A stretch of DNA of 44,857 nt. Source: an uncultured bacterium. GTDB taxonomy: Bacteria > Patescibacteriota > Minisyncoccia > Phycocordibacterales > PALSA-1337. The stretch is taken from contig CAWKEA010000009.1 of NCBI GenBank assembly GCA_963848635.1, positions 1 through 44,857 of the forward strand, given 5' to 3'. Below, one piece after another: positions 42,025-44,857 of the stretch. The notes below the pieces were generated by a model. The model worked only from the letters and a program-made list of their open reading frames with translations, made no database searches and was not told the DNA's origin. Position numbers and translations under genes: made by a program. Each line of letters begins with the position of its first letter. Position 1 is the stretch's first letter.

Positions 42025-43536
42025 CTATGCCTCCGCCATCGCCATTTCTTCGCGCGATAGAGAGACCTGTTTTCCCGGCTTTTTCATGAGGAATACAGTG
42101 AAGGCTCCGATCAATACCACAACAGAAGCGATGACGTATATCTGTGAATAGGCGAGCACCTGGGCTTTGAGCTCGATCAATGCGACGATGGTCTGGAATT
42201 GGGCAGGCGTCGTGGCATTTTCGATGCTGTTCTTTGAAAGGGCGAGAACGTTGCTTTTTGTGAGGTTGTTGAGCAGTGTGCCGAATATTGCGATGCCGAA
42301 TGCGCCGCCGATGTTGCGGACGAGGGCGAGGATGGACGAGGCAACGCCGATCTCAGAGCGCGGCACTGACGAGGCGATGATGCTCGTCCTCTGGGCCATG
42401 GCCGATCCCATGAAAAGCGCCATGACGACGAGCGGTAGTATGATGTCGAGCGACGTCGAGCGAGGATCTATATAGGACAAGTAGAAAAAGGATGCCGCAC
42501 AGCCGACCGTGCTCACGAATATAGCAGTGCGCACCGACCATTTGGCAGTGAGACGGCCGAGGAGCGCAGCGGCGATGACGATGGAAAGGCCCATCGGTAT
42601 GAAGAGCATGCCGGACTGCGTCGCATTCATGCCGAGGAAGGTCTGGGCAAAGATGGGGATAGCGAAGACACTGCCCATCATGCCGAGGAAGATGATGAAA
42701 TTATTGAGAAGGGCGCCGTTGAACGTCCAATTCTTGAAGAACGAGAAGTCGACGACAGGCTCGGGATGGTTATGCTCGATCCAGTAAAAGAGGGCAGACG
42801 ATACGATTATGACCGCGTATGATCCGAGCGCAGCGGCCGATGTCCATCCCCACGTTGTGCCCTGGTCGAGGATCATGACGAGGAAGGCCAAGGCGACGCC
42901 GAGGGAAGTCGCACCCCACCAATCGAATTTGACGGTACCGCGATCGGACACCGATTCATGGATGTAGGCGAGGGCCATGAATATGCCGAGGAGGCCGATG
43001 GGCAAGTTGATGAAGAAGACCGATCGCCATCCAAAGCTGTCGATGAGCGGGCCGCCGATGAGCGGACCAAATACCGAGGCTGCGGCAAAAGCCGATGACC
43101 ATATGCCGAGGGCCTGGGCGCGTTCCTTGCCTTCCTTGAAGGTGACCGTCAAGATAGCCATGGCTGTCGGATAGTCGGCAGAGACGGCTATTGCTTGGAT
43201 CACGCGGAAAACGATCATCGAGCTCAAGTTCCATGCGAGGCTGGCCAACACAGATCCCACGATAAAGATGCTAAAGCCGATGAGGTAGACTTTTTTCCTA
43301 CCGATGGTGTCGCCGAGCTTGCCCCAGATCGGCACGAACACCGCGTTTGCGATGATATACGCCGTCGCGATCCAACTGGCCGCGTTGACGGTGATGCCGT
43401 AATCGCTGATTATCTTTGGAATTGCCAGATTGACGATCGTTTGGTCGAGCCTTCCGAGGAACGTGCCGACGATGACGGTCAAAAGGACCATCCACTTGAG
43501 GCTGCTCTTTTCTGTTGTTGAAGTTGAAGTTGCCAT
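42025..43536 (-). CDS. MFS efflux transporter, DHA2 (EmrB/QacA-like, 14-TM) family
   Basis: LDQTIVNLAIPKI, GKLGDTIGRKKVY, 503 aa with ~14 TM segments. Confidence 0.85.
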   Translation of the reverse strand: MATSTSTTEKSSLKWMVLLTVIVGTFLGRLDQTIVNLAIPKIISDYGITVNAASWIATAYIIANAVFVPIWGKLGDTIGRKKVYLIGFSIFIVGSVLASLAWNLSSMIVFRVIQAIAVSADYPTAMAILTVTFKEGKERAQALGIWSSAFAAASVFGPLIGGPLIDSFGWRSVFFINLPIGLLGIFMALAYIHESVSDRGTVKFDWWGATSLGVALAFLVMILDQGTTWGWTSAAALGSYAVIIVSSALFYWIEHNHPEPVVDFSFFKNWTFNGALLNNFIIFLGMMGSVFAIPIFAQTFLGMNATQSGMLFIPMGLSIVIAAALLGRLTAKWSVRTAIFVSTVGCAASFFYLSYIDPRSTSLDIILPLVVMALFMGSAMAQRTSIIASSVPRSEIGVASSILALVRNIGGAFGIAIFGTLLNNLTKSNVLALSKNSIENATTPAQFQTIVALIELKAQVLAYSQIYVIASVVVLIGAFTVFLMKKPGKQVSLSREEMAMAEA

Positions 43537-43717
43537 GCTTTATTTGAACAGTCAGATCCAGTGCTCCAGCAGATACGTTCTTTTTCGGAGCACGGATATT
43601 TTCTTGCTAGAAAATTCCTCGTGCTCGCGCCAGCCGCGCTCGCAAGGCTCCTCAAAAGAAGTATCTGCCTGCGCACTTAATTTTGGCTTCTCTTATTTTA
43701 CCCAGTAGGTGAAATCG

Positions 43718-44419
43718 CTATTTCGTGTACACCCACGTCTTTGCGGACATGCCGTTCTTGAGCTCGGGGTACTGCGCCGTATCAAAACGGACTTTGACGT
43801 CGAACACTTGTTCTTCGCGCGCATCCGATATCTGGAATACGACGTCTGACGATTGCGCCTCCGGGCTGACTTCGTCCACGACGCCGGTGAATTTTTTCGA
43901 GCCGAAAGCGTCTACGGTGAATGCGGCGTATTGCCCGACAGATATGCGGTCGAGGCCTTTGTTCTCATCGATCTGTCCGACGACGCGCAAGGCCGTAGGG
44001 TCTATCATGGCGACGACCGTCTGCCCAGGTGCGCGCTCTGCGCCGATAGTCGCGTCTGCTTTTGTCACTATGCCGGCTATCTTTGCCTGTATGAGCTCGT
44101 CGCCGACGCGTGCCACCACCTCGTTCGCCGTGACGGAATCTCCGGCGTTGACATACATATTTTCGAGGATCCCCGCTGTCTTTGGAGCGAGGTCTATCTC
44201 AGGAGCCTCGATGGTGGAATTTTCGATATAGACGCTTTTACCGGTGACCAAAAGATATGCTCCGATTGCGCCGCCGATGACGATAGCGACGAGGCCGAGG
44301 GCGACGGCTCCGCGCATGGACAGACGGCGGGATATCTTTTGTATCTTGACCTCGTCTTTTTTCAAGTCCGTCTCTACTTTTTTCAATTCCTGCTCTATTT
44401 TTTGTTCTTCTTTATTCAT
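43718..44419 (-). CDS. HlyD/EmrA-family membrane fusion (adaptor) protein, short form
   Basis: N-terminal coiled coil + TM helix, biotinyl-lipoyl-like GILENMYVNAGDSVTANEVVARV, beta-barrel C-terminus. Confidence 0.75.
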   Translation of the reverse strand: MNKEEQKIEQELKKVETDLKKDEVKIQKISRRLSMRGAVALGLVAIVIGGAIGAYLLVTGKSVYIENSTIEAPEIDLAPKTAGILENMYVNAGDSVTANEVVARVGDELIQAKIAGIVTKADATIGAERAPGQTVVAMIDPTALRVVGQIDENKGLDRISVGQYAAFTVDAFGSKKFTGVVDEVSPEAQSSDVVFQISDAREEQVFDVKVRFDTAQYPELKNGMSAKTWVYTK

Positions 44420-44448
44420 GTATTTATGATTGAGAGATCTAACTTTTA

Positions 44449-44857
44449 TTATTGCCCGAACGTCGCTACTAATGTTCCGGGCGTCAAACCGGATTTTATC
44501 TCCGTGTATGCGCCGTCCGATATGCCCGTTTCGACAGCCTGCTTCTCGAACAGGTTTTTTTGATTTCTGACCAGGACAAACGTCCCGTCATTCTCAGTGA
44601 TGACCGCTGAAGAGGGAACAGCCACTACATTTTTAGTGGTCTCTCCCTGGATGGTTGCGTTTGCAGTCATGCCGATGCGCATATCCGGGTTCGAGCCGTT
44701 GAGATGGAGCGTTGTCTTATAGGCGCTGACCCCGTTTGTGACGGTCGGAGCCAGGTCGATGGAAGCGACTGTCGCCGTGGCCGAGAGGTCGGCGCTTGAA
44801 GTAAAAGTGAGCGTGGCGGGATCGCCGATGTGTATGTTCGCCACTTGGTTTTCCGGT
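44449..44857 (-). CDS. efflux periplasmic adaptor subunit, C-terminal part (the gene continues beyond the right edge)
   Basis: VANIHIGDPATLTF...GMTANATIQGE...VVAVPSSAV...FVLV...FEKQAVETGISDGAYTEIKSGLTPG is a typical HlyD_3/MacA C-terminal pattern. The frame is open to the window end. Confidence 0.7.
   Translation of the reverse strand, partial: PENQVANIHIGDPATLTFTSSADLSATATVASIDLAPTVTNGVSAYKTTLHLNGSNPDMRIGMTANATIQGETTKNVVAVPSSAVITENDGTFVLVRNQKNLFEKQAVETGISDGAYTEIKSGLTPGTLVATFGQ

Noticed and set aside
43537-43717. A 180-nt gap between the HlyD-like and MFS genes with a 7-bp hairpin (gtgctcc...ggagcac), considered as a riboswitch or sRNA.
   Set aside because: No recognisable riboswitch core and only a weak stem. 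It is most simply an intercistronic spacer with an internal promoter.

Overview
The window reads as a contig from a small-genome, CPR/Patescibacteria-like bacterium using the standard genetic code. Supporting features are a compact spc-type ribosomal operon with no L30 gene, many type IV pilin-like genes and one giant surface protein.

Layout, left to right:
(1) 1-9400: a repeat-dense accessory region. It holds a large serine recombinase whose 3' end is duplicated in inverted orientation, two nested pairs of ~190-250 bp inverted repeats, and two structured elements (E1, E2) with conserved hairpin ends and unrelated cores. It also holds a ~1,830-codon surface-protein gene that carries hypermutable tracts and a frameshift.
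(2) 9393-14343: an AT-richer island. It encodes a frameshifted AAA_13 (RloC/PrrC-like) ATPase, a small PD-(D/E)xK nuclease, a Schlafen/AlbA_2-like protein and a 5'-truncated serine recombinase remnant.
(3) 14418-19670: nucleotide biosynthesis genes (pyrD, pyrC, a purC-purE fusion, purB).
(4) 19800-28109: a pilin, a zinc-ribbon membrane protein, then rpsN(Z)-rpsH-rplF-rplR-rpsE-rplO-secY, an antisense orphan MazF-like toxin, adk, map and ndk.
(5) 28347-36912: a pilin plus a GT-C/GT2-GtrA glycosylation pair, then a major pilin, prepilin peptidase and four minor pilins.
(6) 37098-44857: Zur-like repressor and ZIP transporter with palindromic operator boxes, NDH-2, a PAP2-like protein, secreted proteins and an MFS/HlyD efflux operon.

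The best candidate for something undescribed is the recombinase / inverted-repeat / E-element / phase-variable giant adhesin module at 1-9400. The RloC-like/nuclease/Schlafen island comes second. No tRNA, rRNA or CRISPR array could be supported. All function calls rest on motifs I recognise in the translations; no database search was run.
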